From positions 86,206,056-86,270,055 of the forward strand of contig NC_057719.1 in NCBI RefSeq assembly GCF_004010195.1: DNA of 64,000 nt, written 5' to 3'. Positions 40,268-53,186 of this stretch are shown here, piece after piece. The DNA is from Chiloscyllium plagiosum. Its lineage: Eukaryota. Within the stretch, counting starts at the first letter, position 1; every line of letters starts with the position of its first letter. The notes beneath the pieces were generated by a model. That model worked only from the letters and a program-made list of their open reading frames with translations, was not told the DNA's origin and searched no databases. Position numbers and translations under genes: made by a program.

Positions 40268-41172
40268 CTGGTGCAAAACACACAGAAACATAAGGTCAAC
40301 CCTGTAGTTTGTTTTAATCCTTTAGAGAACAAAAGTTTAAAAACTGCTCCAAACTCAGGGAATCTAATAGTGACATTGCAGTGTTATCTATCTGAGTCCA
40401 TTCTGTCAGTTAAAGGAAATCCCCAGTTTACAAGAATGACTGTTCCAGGGGTCTGGCTCTTGATCTTAAGAACATGAACCATGGTGGCTTATCCAACCTG
40501 TCCCATGGAGGGACACCTTCTTCATCATAATATGCATATTTTTCACTTGAGACCTGTCATCTCCAGGGAGCAGGTGGCCATCCATGTTGATGTGGGGGAA
40601 ACATCTGAGGAATTCCTTCTCGACTGCAAGCCAATGGAACTGCAGGCTACAGTTGCTTGGGTCCTGATGGACTTAGCGAAGGTCTTAAAAAAGGTGTCTG
40701 ATGAAGTAGTAATACATATATCGGTGTTAATTTTGCAAAATTCCCTAAGTACAGGAAAGGTTCTATCAGATTGGAAGGTACATTTTAGCTTCTGCAGTCA
40801 ACAAGGAAGGGGGGCATTAAACAGGAAATGACAGACCAGCTGGCTTGAAGTCTACTGGGGTCAAGTATTGAAAATCATTCGTAAAGAAGATTATAGTTAT
40901 GCACTCAGAAGAACTCAAGTTGTTGGGGAAAAGTATATCGTTTGCCAAAACGTTTAAAACAAAATAGTCAGGAGACGAGAGCTTGAGCAATTAACTAGCT
41001 TTAACATGGCCATGGGGAATTACATCTTCATTCAGAAGAGTCCGACGCAATTCCAATGAAATACAGAATGTTACAATGTATATAGTAAAATACAAACCCA
41101 CTGCCCATTAATTACACAACCCAAGGGCAATTGTAAGGTCCACATACATTGTCCAGACCTACACTTCTTAAT

Positions 41173-41379
41173 GGAGAAAGTGAGGACTGCAGATGCTGGA
41201 GATCAGAGCTGAAAATGTGTTGCTGGAAACCAAGGAACAGGAGAATCGACGTTTCGGGCATAAGCCCTTCTTCAGGAAGCCCTTCATTCCTGAATAAGGG
41301 CTTATGCCCGAAACGTCGATTCTCCTGATCCTTGGATGCTGCCTGATCTGCTGCGCTTTTCCAGCAACACATTTTCAGC
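41173..41379. mobile_element. Head-to-head inverted pair of Penelope family A termini
   Basis: Palindromic arms; TACAC/TTTCTTAATG duplicated at 41160-41173 and 41380-41393 (1 mismatch). Confidence 0.9.
41246..41277 (-). ncRNA. Candidate minimal type-I hammerhead ribozyme, sense to GANC pre-mRNA
   Basis: UC-CUGAAGA-A-GGGC-UUAU-GCCC-GAAA-CG-UC-GA: intact core and GUC site; stem I is weak. Confidence 0.6.
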
Positions 41380-41689
41380 TACATTTCTTAATGTCTACAA
41401 AACTGAATGTTATCTTAAACTGCAGGTTCAGCTGGGTTAAAACAACTGATAAGGGACAGAGAGAAACAATATATCATTCTGTGAGCAGCACTATCTAATG
41501 TCCTGAAGAGCACAGACAGCCTGTAGCTGCAAGGTCACACTATCAAAACAGCATTCCTCAGCCAGAGTACAGTCAGCATTATGCTAGCAGGCTACATTGT
41601 ATTGCAAAAATTGCTTTCTGACAAAATAGCTTCACAGAATTTTGTGTCAATTTTGGTCAAATTCCGCCACATTAAGAGGGAAGAGTCAA

Positions 41690-43295
41690 AAATAGTTTTG
41701 CAAAACGGAAAACATGTTTCATTAATTTATTACAGTTCACCAGAGGAAAAAGAAATGTGATGTAGGTCAAGTGAAGCCTGTTGATGCACTGTTCTTGGAT
41801 TTCCAAAAGTCATTTGACAATCTACCACATATATTCTGGGAGTAATTAGCACATATATATTAGCTGACTGACAGAAAGCAGAAATTATTCATAAATGAGT
41901 TTCTTTCAGCCTGTCAGGATGAGATTAATGAAGTACTGCAGGGATCTATGATAGGGTCCCAGCTTTTTAACAATTTATATCAATGAAAGAACAGCAAAGC
42001 CATGGCATCTAAATTTGCAGATGGCACAAAGATAGATAGTAACGTATGTTGAAAAGAGGACATAACAAGATTGCAGATGGACATAGAAAGATTAAATATG
42101 GTGCAGTGTAACTGTGAGAACATGTGAAGTTGATCAATTTGGCAGAAAGCATAAAGTGAGAAAAATATGATTGAAATGGAGAATGATTCCTGAGGGGGCA
42201 TAAGAATATGAGTGTAATGGTGCATGAGTCACGAAAAGTAATGCAGTAGAGTAAGTAATTAAGATGACTAATGGAATTTTATCTTTACGAGAGGAACGGA
42301 ACATAAAAATTAAATGATGTGGAGGTGCCGGTTTTGGACTGGAGTGGACAAGGTTAAAAATCACACAATACCAGGTTATGGTCCAACATGTTTATTTGGA
42401 AGTACTAGCTTTCAGAGCGCTGCTCCTTTGTATGCTTCAGTTATTATAAGGCATTAGGGAAATCCCATCTGGAGTAGTGTGTACAATTCTGATTTCCTTA
42501 TTTATGGAAGGGTGCAAAGTCTTTGGAGGTGGTTCAGAAAAAGTTTGCTACCTTGACACCTGGATTGAGCAGGGTGTCTTATTTGGAATGTAGTAGAATA
42601 GAATACTAATTTATTATCACTCATATTTTTACAAGAAATACAGTGAAAAGTGTTTAAGTTTCCATATTCTGGTGCCTAATGTTTGGACAGACTGGGCTTG
42701 TTTCCTCTAGAGTTTAGAAAAGTGAGGGAATGATTGGATTGAAGCATTTAAGATTCTAAATAGTCTTAACAATAAAATCATGAGGGCATGGATAGGATAA
42801 ATAGACAAAGTCTTTTCCCTGGGGTGGAGGTCCAGAACTAGAGGGCATAGGTTTAGGGTGAGAAGGGAAAGATATAAAAGAAACCTAAGGGGCAACTTTT
42901 TCACACAGAGGGTGGCATGTGTATGGAACGAGCTGCCAGAGGAAATGGTGGAGGCTGGTACAATTGCAACATTTAAAAGGCATCTGGATGGGTATATGAA
43001 TAGGAAGGGTTTGGAGGGATACGGGCCAGGTGCTGGCAAATGGAACTAGGTTGGGTTGGGATATTTGGTCGGCATGGACGGGTTGGACCGAAGGGTCTGT
43101 TTCATGCTGTACATCTCTATGTCTCTATGTGAAAAGGCTATTTCCTGTTGTAAATGAGTCCAGAACTAGTGGGAAAGTTAGGCGTCTAAAAATTAGGCAT
43201 CTCTCTTTTAGGGCAGAGACAAAGCGAATTATATAACTTTGGAACTCACTCAGGTGGATTTAGATGGATTCTTTTAAGGTAAGAGAATCAAAGGT
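41690..43295 (+). mobile_element. Old CR1 RT with a younger CR1 3' end nested at ~42772-43128
   Basis: LDFQKSFD, KFADGTK; young insert with FFTQRVACVWNELP and tail. Confidence 0.82.
42319..42430 (-). mobile_element. Single family B terminus inside CR1
   Basis: GGAGGTGCCGG...CCAGGTTATGGTCCAAC...GCTTTCAGAGCGCTGCTCC. Confidence 0.75.
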
Positions 43296-44120
43296 TATCA
43301 GATTAACACGTAACATCTGTGCCACACAAATATCAGGCATTGTCTCTTATTGGAGATAGTCAATCTAACCATATCCCTTGTCAGGCAATGGCAGTACCAT
43401 CACTGAATCACTATCAATAGCCTGGGAGTTACTGTTGGCCAGAAGCTCGACTGGTCTCATCATATAAATATAGTGGCTACATGAGAGCGCACAGCTAGGA
43501 AGACTGCCACGAGTAACTCACTTCCTGAATCCCCAAAGCCTTTCCACATTCTGCATGGCACAAGTCAGGAATGTGATGGATTACTCTTCACTTGACTGGT
43601 TGGGTGCAACTCCAACAACACTCAAGAAGCTTGACAACATCTAAGACAATGCAGCCTGCTTGATTTGCACTGCATTCACAAGTATCTACTCCCTCCATTA
43701 TTCATGTTTAGTAGCAGCAGTGTGCACTACCTACAAGATGCACTGCAGAAATTCACCAAAAATCCTTGGACGGTAGCTTCCAAACCCAAGATCACATTCA
43801 TCTAGAAGGAGAAGGACAGCAGATTCATGGGAACACCACCACCTGTAGGTTCCCCATCAAACCACATACCATCCTGACTTGGAAATATATCACTGCTCCT
43901 TCAGTATTGCTGGGTCAGAATCCTGGAATTCCCTCTCTAAGGTAAAGGTGGGTAAACTTACAGCACATGGACTGCAGCAGTTCAAGAAGGCAGCTCACCA
44001 CCACCTTCACAAGAGCTACTAGGAATGTGCAATAAATGCTGGCTAGCCAGTGACACCCACATCCCACAAGTGAATAAAGGGGGTACATGAGAATGTGAAA
44101 GTTGACATACAAATATATCA

Positions 44121-44233
44121 TTCCTGAAGAAGGGCTCATGCCCGAAATGTCGATTCTCCTGCTCCTTAGATGCTGCCTGACCTGCAACACATTTTCAGCT
44201 CTGATCTCCAGCATCTGCAGTCCTCACTTTCTC
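44121..44233 (+). mobile_element. Single Penelope family A terminus
   Basis: CCTGAAGAAGGGCTCATGCCCGAAA...CCTCACTTTCTC; ACAAATATATCA duplicated at 44109-44120 and 44236-44247. Confidence 0.85.
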
Positions 44234-44599
44234 AAACAAATATATCAACCAAGATCTTAAAGAATAGCAGGGGGGCTCAAGGAGTTGAATGGTCTACTTC
44301 TGTCCCAATTTCAAAGGATCGAGATAATTCAGGAGAATACTTTGTCCTGATGCAGCATATCTCTTTTATTAGTGAACTTTGCCCAAGACAAAATCAGGTC
44401 CATTTCTCAGTTGATAATAATCTACAACGTGACTGTCACTACATCAGCTGCTCTTGACCAAAGTCATGTTCCAAGAGAAATGGCACACTATCAGTGTTCT
44501 GCATGTTTCATGTAACTTGCACATGGGAGTATCACATTAGCGTTTGGTGTTATGACGCAACATTGTGAAAATGTGGAATAATGTAGTGGCGGCTGGTCT

Positions 44600-46290
44600 C
44601 ATGATATCAACAGAGATGTATCGTTAGCACAAACTAGAGGAGTTTTGTTTAACAGAAGTTTACAATCCTATATCTGAAAAGAAGTACTTGTAAAAGGGAT
44701 GGACTTTTAGCATCCATGGACATTAATATATATGATCTGATAAGCAGTTCAGAGGCGAAGTTGAAAGACGAGAAAATTAATGTGGAAGGCTATGTGAGAA
44801 ATTGGAATAACAGAGAGCTAGGAAAAGATGGCAGGTTGCTTTGTTAGTTAACAATGGCATGAGATTATTGATGACAGACCACTTTAAAGTTAAAAGATAT
44901 AGAATCAGTTTGGGTAGTGATAAGGAATAGTTAAGATCAGAGGTTTTGTGTGGGAATGGTTGAAAAGCCCCCAATAGTGGTTACAATCAAACAGATATAT
45001 ATGAAAAATCTTCAATAATTATTCGTGACTTTAACTTTCATATCGTTTGGGAGAATGAGAGTGATATCTTAGAAAATGCATTCAGAAAATGTCTTTGGGA
45101 TAATTTCTTCGAACATATTCCAGACAATACAAAAATTGGTGGAGTTGTGGATAATGAGGAATGTTGTCAAAGAATACAGCAGGATATAGATCTGTTACAA
45201 AGTTGGGCTGAGAAACAGCAGTTGGAATGTAATCCAGTTAAATGTGAGGAGTTGCACTTTGGGAGGTGAAAGTAAAAATAAATGATAGGAACTTTAGGAG
45301 CATTGATATGCAAAGAAATCTTGGGGTGCAAGTCCATTGCTTTCTGAAAGTGGCAACACAAGTGGATATGGTGGTAAATAAGTCTTATGACATGCTTTCC
45401 TTCATCAGTCGCAGCATCAAGTATAAAAGTTGGCAAGTCATGTTGCAACTACAGAAAATTTTAGTTTGATGACATTTGGAGTACTGAGTACAGTTCTGGT
45501 CACCATACTATGGGAGGGATGTGGAAGCAAGAGATATTTACCAGGATATTGCTCAGATTGGAGTGTATTAGTTATAAGGAGAGGTTGGACAAACTTGCAT
45601 TGTTTACACAAGGGTGTGGGAGACTGAGCGGCAACCTGATAGAAGTAGAGGAAATTATGAGAGGGCTAGATAGAGTGGGAGTTGTTTTCTTTTTCCCATA
45701 GTGGAAGCGTCAAATACTTGGGAGTATAGACTTAAAGTGAGAGGGGGAAAGTTTAAAGAAGATGCGTGAGGCAAGCATTTTTAGGCAGAGAGTGTTACAT
45801 GTCTAGAACATGTTGCCAAGGCAGGTGGTGGAAGCAGATATGACAACTATGTTTAAAATGCATTTTGACAGACATGTGAAGTTAAGAGAATACTGGGATA
45901 CGAATCATGGCAGGCAGATGAGATTAGTTTAGAATGGCATTGTGGTCAGCACAGACATGGTGGCCTGAAGAGCCTATTCCTGTGCTATACTATTCTATGT
46001 TAAAAGTGGTTGCAATATTACAGTCAGGAAGTTTTATTGCAGTTGTACAGGGCATTACTGAGGCCATATGTTGAGCACTACATACAGCTTTGATCTCTTT
46101 ATCAACGTTCCCTTTAAGGCACACGGCCAGTTCTGGAAGCTGCTGCATTTTGGAGGTCCACACAACACCAGAAAAAATTAGACAGAACCTTATCCTTACA
46201 TGAAAAAAAATTGTTTTTAAAGCAAGTCAGAAAGCATTCACTTGACTCATTCCTGGGATTAAAAACTTATCTTATGGAGAAAGGTTGAAA
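44600..46290 (+). mobile_element. CR1 fragments (EN remnant, RT 3' end ~45120-46000)
   Basis: GACTTTAACTT (DFN) EN motif; DNTKIGGVVD; CR1 tail at ~45960. Confidence 0.78.
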
Positions 46291-46495
46291 TCTTTTTTCC
46301 TAATAACATCTCTCACTTCAATGAGTACAAAATTCACAAAAATAAATTTCCAGTTAGAACAGGATACAATGCATAATGAATCCATCTTGTTGGTCTGTGA
46401 ATTACTAGTTCTCCACCACTACAGTTACTGGTAATGTGGACTCCAACAATCTCCAAAAAACAATCTATATGCCAGTTGCACAAGACATCATTTAC

Positions 46496-46639
46496 CTGAT
46501 AAAAACCATACAGGTTGTGCATCTCTCGGTGCTCCCATCCACCAGCATGCATTGCATTCTTGTGCATAGTGAGTTCAGGTCCACTAAACACAGCTGGCTC
46601 ATTCATGTCATTCCAGAAAAAAAGAATATCTGTGGAATC
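46496..46639 (-). CDS. GANC: GANC exon with catalytic nucleophile
   Basis: [25 protein letters not shown]...[14 protein letters not shown]; WxDMNE GH31 nucleophile motif; 144 nt, phase 0 to 0. Confidence 0.97.
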
Positions 46640-48456
46640 CTGCAACACAGAAATGCATTCCATGGATTAACAAACTGCTTTCTCCTTTCTTTTTCCTCCT
46701 CTTTGCTCTTAATTACATTCCATGGGCACTTCTTGCCCCAATAGCTTGTCAATGTGATAATATTCCATATATGGGTCTAAATTGTAATTGGGATGAAACT
46801 GGTCTTTGATAAAATAGGCAATTATGAATCAGCAACCAGTTTACCAGATACAACTGAAAGAAATTAAGAAGAAAATTGAACAGGGGTTGGAAAGAGCTGA
46901 TAGGTCATTTCATCCCTTTCACCATCATCATCAAGGACAAATTTTACTTTGCTCACATAGTTTATTTTACTGTGGGGAAGGCACCATATGAGCTCAAATC
47001 TAACCCCAACTTATGTTCACACACTTGCACAGATCACTGAATAGTAACAAGTGCAATACCTGAGCAAATGTTTCAATTTCCACTGAGGCACAACTCCAGA
47101 AATCCTGGCCCCAAATATGATGCATTATTTTCAGACGGCATAGCGTTCAGTTCTAATTTGTGTACTTATGGCACACAAAGCCAACTACTGGTGTGCTAGT
47201 TTCCACTGGAATAGACCCTAGACTGCCTTTGGTGAGATCAGCAAATTTAGTTCTGATCCCAAAATAAAGCAGCCATCTTCTGATCTGAAAGAACATACTG
47301 GGCAGAATTAAAAATAGGGGCTGGGTCTTGCCCGCCAGATGGAGAGGCAGTGAGAGCATGAGGTTGTCTCTTTTCGAAGTGAAACGCTATATTAAATGCT
47401 GATTGAGACCTCAGGATACTTACCATATCCCACCCATGCCAGTTCCTACTATCTTAGTAACCTATGCTACCCATAGACCATGGCCCTTTATCCTTCCTAT
47501 GTCAACTTAGTGGCAACCCATGTCCACCATTATGTGTCCACACATCATGCAAACTGAACTTCCATGGCCAGGTCTCAGGACCCATACTCAGAGGAGATGG
47601 AGTTCCTAAATGTCTTTTGAAGGGTTAACTATTTAAGAAAAAAAAACTCTCATTGATAAAAATCTATTCACCACATTTAATTTCCTTGAATTCCTTATAA
47701 AGGCAAGCGTTGGAACTCCTAGTACTCGGACAAAGAGGGTACAGCTGGTTGGAGTTGTCAAACTATGAAATGACAGACATCAGACTGTGATAACAAAAGG
47801 CTGTGAAAAGAGTCATGTAGCACTAATCCTGGAATGATCACATATGGATTTAAGTCAACTGACAGGAACAAACAGACCTACCTCTCCAAAGGATTCCAGC
47901 AGCTTTGGACTTTCTCTTATCAAGTCTAAAGTGAGCAACTTGTGTTTTCAACATTTTGAACACTGAAGCGAAAGTCAGATATAATCAAATTGTGAAGTTT
48001 AAATATGCAAATTAAAACCCATTCCAAAACCAACCAAAATTCCTGTGAAAATGAAATGACATCTGGAGTTGTCCTTCAGAGCCATTTTTGTAACAGGCTC
48101 CCCTAGTTTATTAAAGTTAATGAAAGGAGAGGCTGTCCTTGTTTGTGAAAGTTTAGGTCTGAGTATTTGTGAATGAGGTACACCATTCCCCAAACACCCA
48201 ATTTATCAACAACATTTCAGGAAACTATACATTAATTAAAACAATTGTTCATATTATCAGCCACAAAAATAACTTACAAAATAAATTAATCTAAAGAATA
48301 GACATAAAATTATTAGAAAAAGTAGGAAGCCAGAGGAGAGGTTTAGAATTCAGCAAGACGACAAAAACTTTGATCATGAGGGGCAAAATAAAGTATGAGA
48401 GCAAACTTGCAGGACACATAAAAACTAACTTTAAAAGCTTCTTACAAAAGATTACT

Positions 48457-48624
48457 CAATACCAGGTTATAGTCTAACAAATTTATTTGGAAGGTGCATG
48501 GATCAGGTGGATGAAAGAGCAGCATTCTGAAAGCTAGTGCCTCCAAATAAACCTGTCGGACTCTAACCTGGTGTTGTGTGATTTTTAACTTTGTCCACCC
48601 GAGTCCAACACTGGCTCCTCCACA
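48457..48624. mobile_element. Inverted pair of family B termini (older)
   Basis: Same arms; right arm extends to CCAACACTGGCTCCTCCA. Confidence 0.75.
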
Positions 48625-49404
48625 TCATTAGCATAAAAAATTAGCAAAGACAACTATAGGTCCCTTATAGTCAGAAACTGGGGAAATTACATTGGGGAAC
48701 AATGTAATGGCAGAAGAAATGAACATATACTTTGGTTCTGCCTTCACAAAAGAGGACACAAATAATTAGAGAAGCAGGTGTCTAGTATGAAGTAAGAATT
48801 GAAGAAAATCAATATTACCAAAAAAAGATATGCTGTTCGAGAAATTAATGAAGTTAATGGCTGACATAATCCAAGGGCTAATAATCTGTATCCCTCTGTA
48901 TCCCAGAGTACTAAAGGAGGTTGCCCTGGAAACACTGGGTGCATTTCTGAAGAACAGCCATACTGGACTCGTAACATTAACTATGTTTCTGTCTTAATGG
49001 ATACTGCCAGATGTACTGAGCTTCTCCAGCATTCTCTGTGCTTGTTTCAGATTTCCAGTATCTGCAGTATTTTGCCTTTATTATATTTATTGCTCTTATC
49101 TATTTTGTGCCTCTCTGGTTTTTGCATGGGATTCTTTTCTGCCTTTTTCTTACAACTCAGGCAAGATCAGAGAACTTCACACACAGGAGAAACATATGAC
49201 CTTCACAAAATTCTTGGGTTCACACAAAAAAAGGTAAAGTCATCATAGTTTTTGTTGGTGCTGATCCTTCAGACATGCAGTAACCCTGATTTCTTGTGTT
49301 CACACTGTTTTTAGAACACTTTATCTCTTCTCCTGATAATGTAAAAACAAATGGACAATGCTTTAAAACATGATTTTCTGCAGTTGGATCAAATCAGTTT
49401 GCTT

Positions 49405-51330
49405 GTGACTTGATAGTTGAAGGGTGAATGAGATTCAGTGGTAGTGTTTTTACCTCTGGGCCAGGAGAACAGAATTCAAATCTCACCTGCTCCAGAAGTG
49501 TGTAATAACATTCCTGAACAGATTAATTTGAAAATATCATCATGTGTCTTGATCGCTGAGGCCTTGTGGTGCGGTGACAGTGTCTAATCCAGGACACCTA
49601 TCTGCTGCAGTAATGTGTAATACCATCACTGAGCAGGTTGATTAGAAGATACCTGTGACTTGATGGTAAAGACTATTGTGGTGCAGTGTTACTGTCCTTA
49701 ATACTGAGCAGGACATCCAGGTTCAAACACCACCTGTTCCAAAGGTGTGTAATAAAATCTGATTCCTGGAATGGCAGGACTAATGCATTTTGAAAGTACA
49801 AGTAAGGACAGAACTTATACAATTAATGGTAGGATCTTGGATAGTGTTGTAGAACAGACAGACATAAGGTTCAGGTACATAATTCTTTGAAATTTGCGTC
49901 ACAGGTAGACAGGGTGGTTAAGAAGGCATTGAGCATGCTTGCCTTCATTGCTTAGACCTTTAAGGATAGGAGTTGGGACATCATGTTGAGGTTGTATTGA
50001 TGATGCCCCTTCTGGAGTACCGTGTGCAATCCTGTTACAGGAAGGATATTATTACAACGGAGAAGGTTCAGAAAACATTTACCAGGATGTTGCCAGGAAG
50101 GGGGCCTTGAGTTTTAAAAATAAACTGGAAAGGCTGGGACCTTTTTCACTGGAGCATCGGAGGTTGAGGGGTGACCTTTTTGAGGTTTATAAGATCATGA
50201 GGGTTACAGGTAAGATGAACAACAATAGTCTTTTCTCTAGGGTCAAGGAGTCCAACCTCGAGGGCATATTTTCAAGGTTCAAAAAAGATTTAAGGGGCAA
50301 CTTTTTTTTTTACCAAGAGTAGTTTGTGTGTGGAATGAGAAAGTGGTGGATGCAGGTACAGTTACAACACTTAAAAGATATTTGGGTAAGTTCATGATTA
50401 TGAAAGGTTTGGAAATATTTGGGCCAAGTACAGGCAGGTGGGACTGGTTTAGTTTGGAATTATGATCGGCATGGACTAATTAGACTGAAGGGTCTATTTT
50501 CATGCTGTACATGACTCTATGACTCTGGAAGGAAAGATTGAGTCAGTTAGGATTGCATTCACCATTATTTAGAAAAATGAGGGAGATCGCATTGAAACCT
50601 ATAAAATTCTAACAGGACTAGATAGGTTAGATGCAAGAAGGACATCCCTGATGGTGGGCAAGTCCAGAACCAAAGGTTCAAGGAAGGGGTAAACCTTTTA
50701 GGACTGAGGGGAAATGTTTTCACTCAGACAGTGGTAAGCCTTTGGAATTAACTACCACAGAAAGTTGTTGAGGCCAAAATGATATGCATTTTCAAGTAGA
50801 AAGTTGACAAAGCTCATATGGCTGAAGAGATCAATGGAGAGTGAGATTAGTGCATTAAGCTCGATGATCAGCCATGGTAATATTGAATGGTGGAGCAGGC
50901 TTAAGGGGTCAAATGGCCTACTCCTGCTCCTATCTCCTACATTTTTATGATTAGAAAATATCTGAGAGTGGTGGTTGGGAGGTCTCTTGTGGCGCGGTGT
51001 TAGTGACCTTATATCTGAACCAGAGGACTCAGAGGTATATAACAGCATCTTTGAAAAGTTGGTTAGCAAAATATCTGTGACTTGCCGGATTAAACTGGTA
51101 ACTGATTCAGAAACATGGGTGACTTATCAGTGGAGGATAAAAGAGAAAAGTAACACAGGCGATTTGGCAGTGGAAAATATAGTTCAGTGACTTGATAGAT
51201 AGGGCTTTTGTAACACACTGATAGTATTCCTACCTTTGAATCAGGAGTCCTGGGTTCAAGCCCCACTTGCTTCAGAGGTTTATCATACCACAACTCAAAA
51301 GGTTGATTATAAACAATCTGTGACTTGACG
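49405..51330 (+). repeat. Tandem array of ~5 degenerate ~110-130 bp tRNA-like units punctuated by GTGACTTGA, split by CR1 insertions
   Basis: Units at ~49430, 49558, 49670 (resumes ~50948), 50978, 51200 share TTGTGGTGCAGTG..GGTTCAA..CACCTGCTCCAGA.GTGTGTAATA..GTTGATTAGAAAATATC. Confidence 0.65.
49760..50945 (+). mobile_element. Nested CR1 3' ends (younger ~49787-50526 inside older)
   Basis: RRLRGDLFEVYKIMR; two CR1 tails. Confidence 0.82.
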
Positions 51331-51646
51331 GGTCAAACCTTTCAACTTCCACCTCAACCCCCTTGATTTTATCCACATTTTTATGACGACTGTTCGTCTG
51401 AATCTCCTCCTCTCCCCAGAAAGTCTATATGTTTCTCACCCCTTCAATGACACCATACTTAAATTAAAAGATGCCACACTGTCTCGAACTCTAACATATT
51501 CTGCCTCAAAGTTATGAAATAATGTAAATCCCTTCTTTTGTCTTCTCTTCTACAGTCAAAAACCAGTCTGGCGTCCCCTATTTACAGTCTCACCTCCTTT
51601 CCTCTGCAATCTTCAACTGCGACAATAAATATTTTAAAATACTTAC

Positions 51647-51726
51647 CTTGTATTGGTCCAATCCGTGCTTGTTGGCATACCAGTTGTGGACTATGGGATT
51701 TGTGAAGTCTAAGTAGGCTGACACAC
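51647..51726 (-). CDS. GANC: GANC coding exon
   Basis: GVSAYLDFTNPIVHNWYANKHGLDQYK; DFTNP motif; 80 nt, phase 1 to 0. Confidence 0.93.
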
Positions 51727-52413
51727 CTAATAATGCACAAAAATACAAAAAGAAATTCCTGTTTATTCACATCTTGCAAAAACCTGACACTCATGATGGG
51801 AGTGGACAGCAAGATACTTAATTCTTGATATACCTGGACCAAAGCAGAATTTGGAGAATCCATACTATGAAACCAGCAGCAAATCACACTTCTAGGAAAC
51901 AGAATTAGAATGTACTAATATTTTTCATCAACCAGTTCAGACCTATCATGACATCAGCAGATCCAAAAATATCTAAGCATAAAGGAGATAATGGCCACAT
52001 CCACTTTTCACACATTAAAGTCTCACAAATCATAAACTAAATAGCCAGGCAATTTGTTTCTTGTGATATCAGCTGAAGTTGAATGCTGATGGAAAGAACT
52101 CACATCCGCAAAGTCTAGGTTACACATTCAAGTTTCTGGAACAGGATTTGAACTCAAAACCTTCTGACTCAGATGCAAGAGCTTCACCACTGAGCAGAGG
52201 CTGACATCAAAGAGAGAGGGAGGGAACGAGTGTGTCAAGTGAACGAGTAACAGGCAATTAAAGCAATGCAAAATACAGAGAAAATTCCACCCACGCATAT
52301 TTTGTCAGGTTTGATGCCTGAATATTGTGGAACAAATATTACTGCACACTTACAAAGTACAAAAAAAACCCCAGAAAATGTTAATCACCTAAGAAGTTTC
52401 ACTGTTTCCTTAC

Positions 52414-52540
52414 CTGGCCAACAGGAGCCGTGGTACTCCTCACCATCTTTATCCATGACAAAGTACTTCTTGGATTTGGCTTCACAGTAGAATGGGTACT
52501 TCTTGTCTACTTTGATGTGAGCATCAATGATAACAACTAG
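52414..52540 (-). CDS. GANC: GANC coding exon
   Basis: LVVIIDAHIKVDKKYPFYCEAKSKKYFVMDKDGEEYHGSCWP(G); 127 nt, phase 0 to 1; not in ORF track, found by manual translation. Confidence 0.93.
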
Positions 52541-52960
52541 CTGGAGACATAAGAAAACACAATGATCTCTACAAACTGAGTAAATGCTTATCTAAAGGAA
52601 TGGTATGGTGCATTTTATACTGCCTCAGGTTTCCTTTCATCCTCTGAAAGTGCTGATTTACTCAATAATTGTCAGGAGACTTCTGGAACTATAAACAGGT
52701 TACTATTCTCTACCTACATCTTCAACAATGAGTCATGCTCAGCTATCCAACAATGCAGGGAGGAAAGGGTGGGTGGTATTGGTGAGACTATGTGCAATTG
52801 CAATCTGGACAGCTATCCATCTGCTGTCCATCTTGACTCAGTGAAAGCCTAAGTAAGAAGGTTATGGATTCAAGTTTGTGCTCCAGGTACCTGAGTACGA
52901 AACCATATCAAGCAGTACTACTTCAGTACTGAAGAAAGCTACACAGTCATTTTTAGATGA

Positions 52961-53186
52961 CATGATTCGGAGATGCCAGTGTTGGATTAGGGTGTACAAA
53001 GTTAAAAATAACACAACACCAGGTTATAGTCCAACAGGTTTAATTGGAAGCACACTAGCCTTTGGAGCGACGCTCCTTCATCAGGTGATAGTGATGAAGG
53101 AGCCTGATGAAGGAGCATCGCTCCGAAAGCTAGTGTGCTTCCAATTAAACCTGTTGGACTATAACCTGGTGTTGTGTGATTTTTAA
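52961..53186. mobile_element. Head-to-head inverted pair of Penelope-type family B termini, inside a DeuSINE-like element
   Basis: Arms CACAACACCAGGTTATAGTCCAACAGGTTT / AAACCTGTTGGACTATAACCTGGTGTTGTG; ATTTTTAGATGA duplicated at 52949-52960 and 53187-53198. Confidence 0.85.
53103..53135 (+). ncRNA. Candidate minimal hammerhead ribozyme (family B)
   Basis: C-CUGAUGA-A-GGAGC-AUC-GCUCC-GAAA-GC-UA-GUG; palindromic AGCU stem III. Confidence 0.6.
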
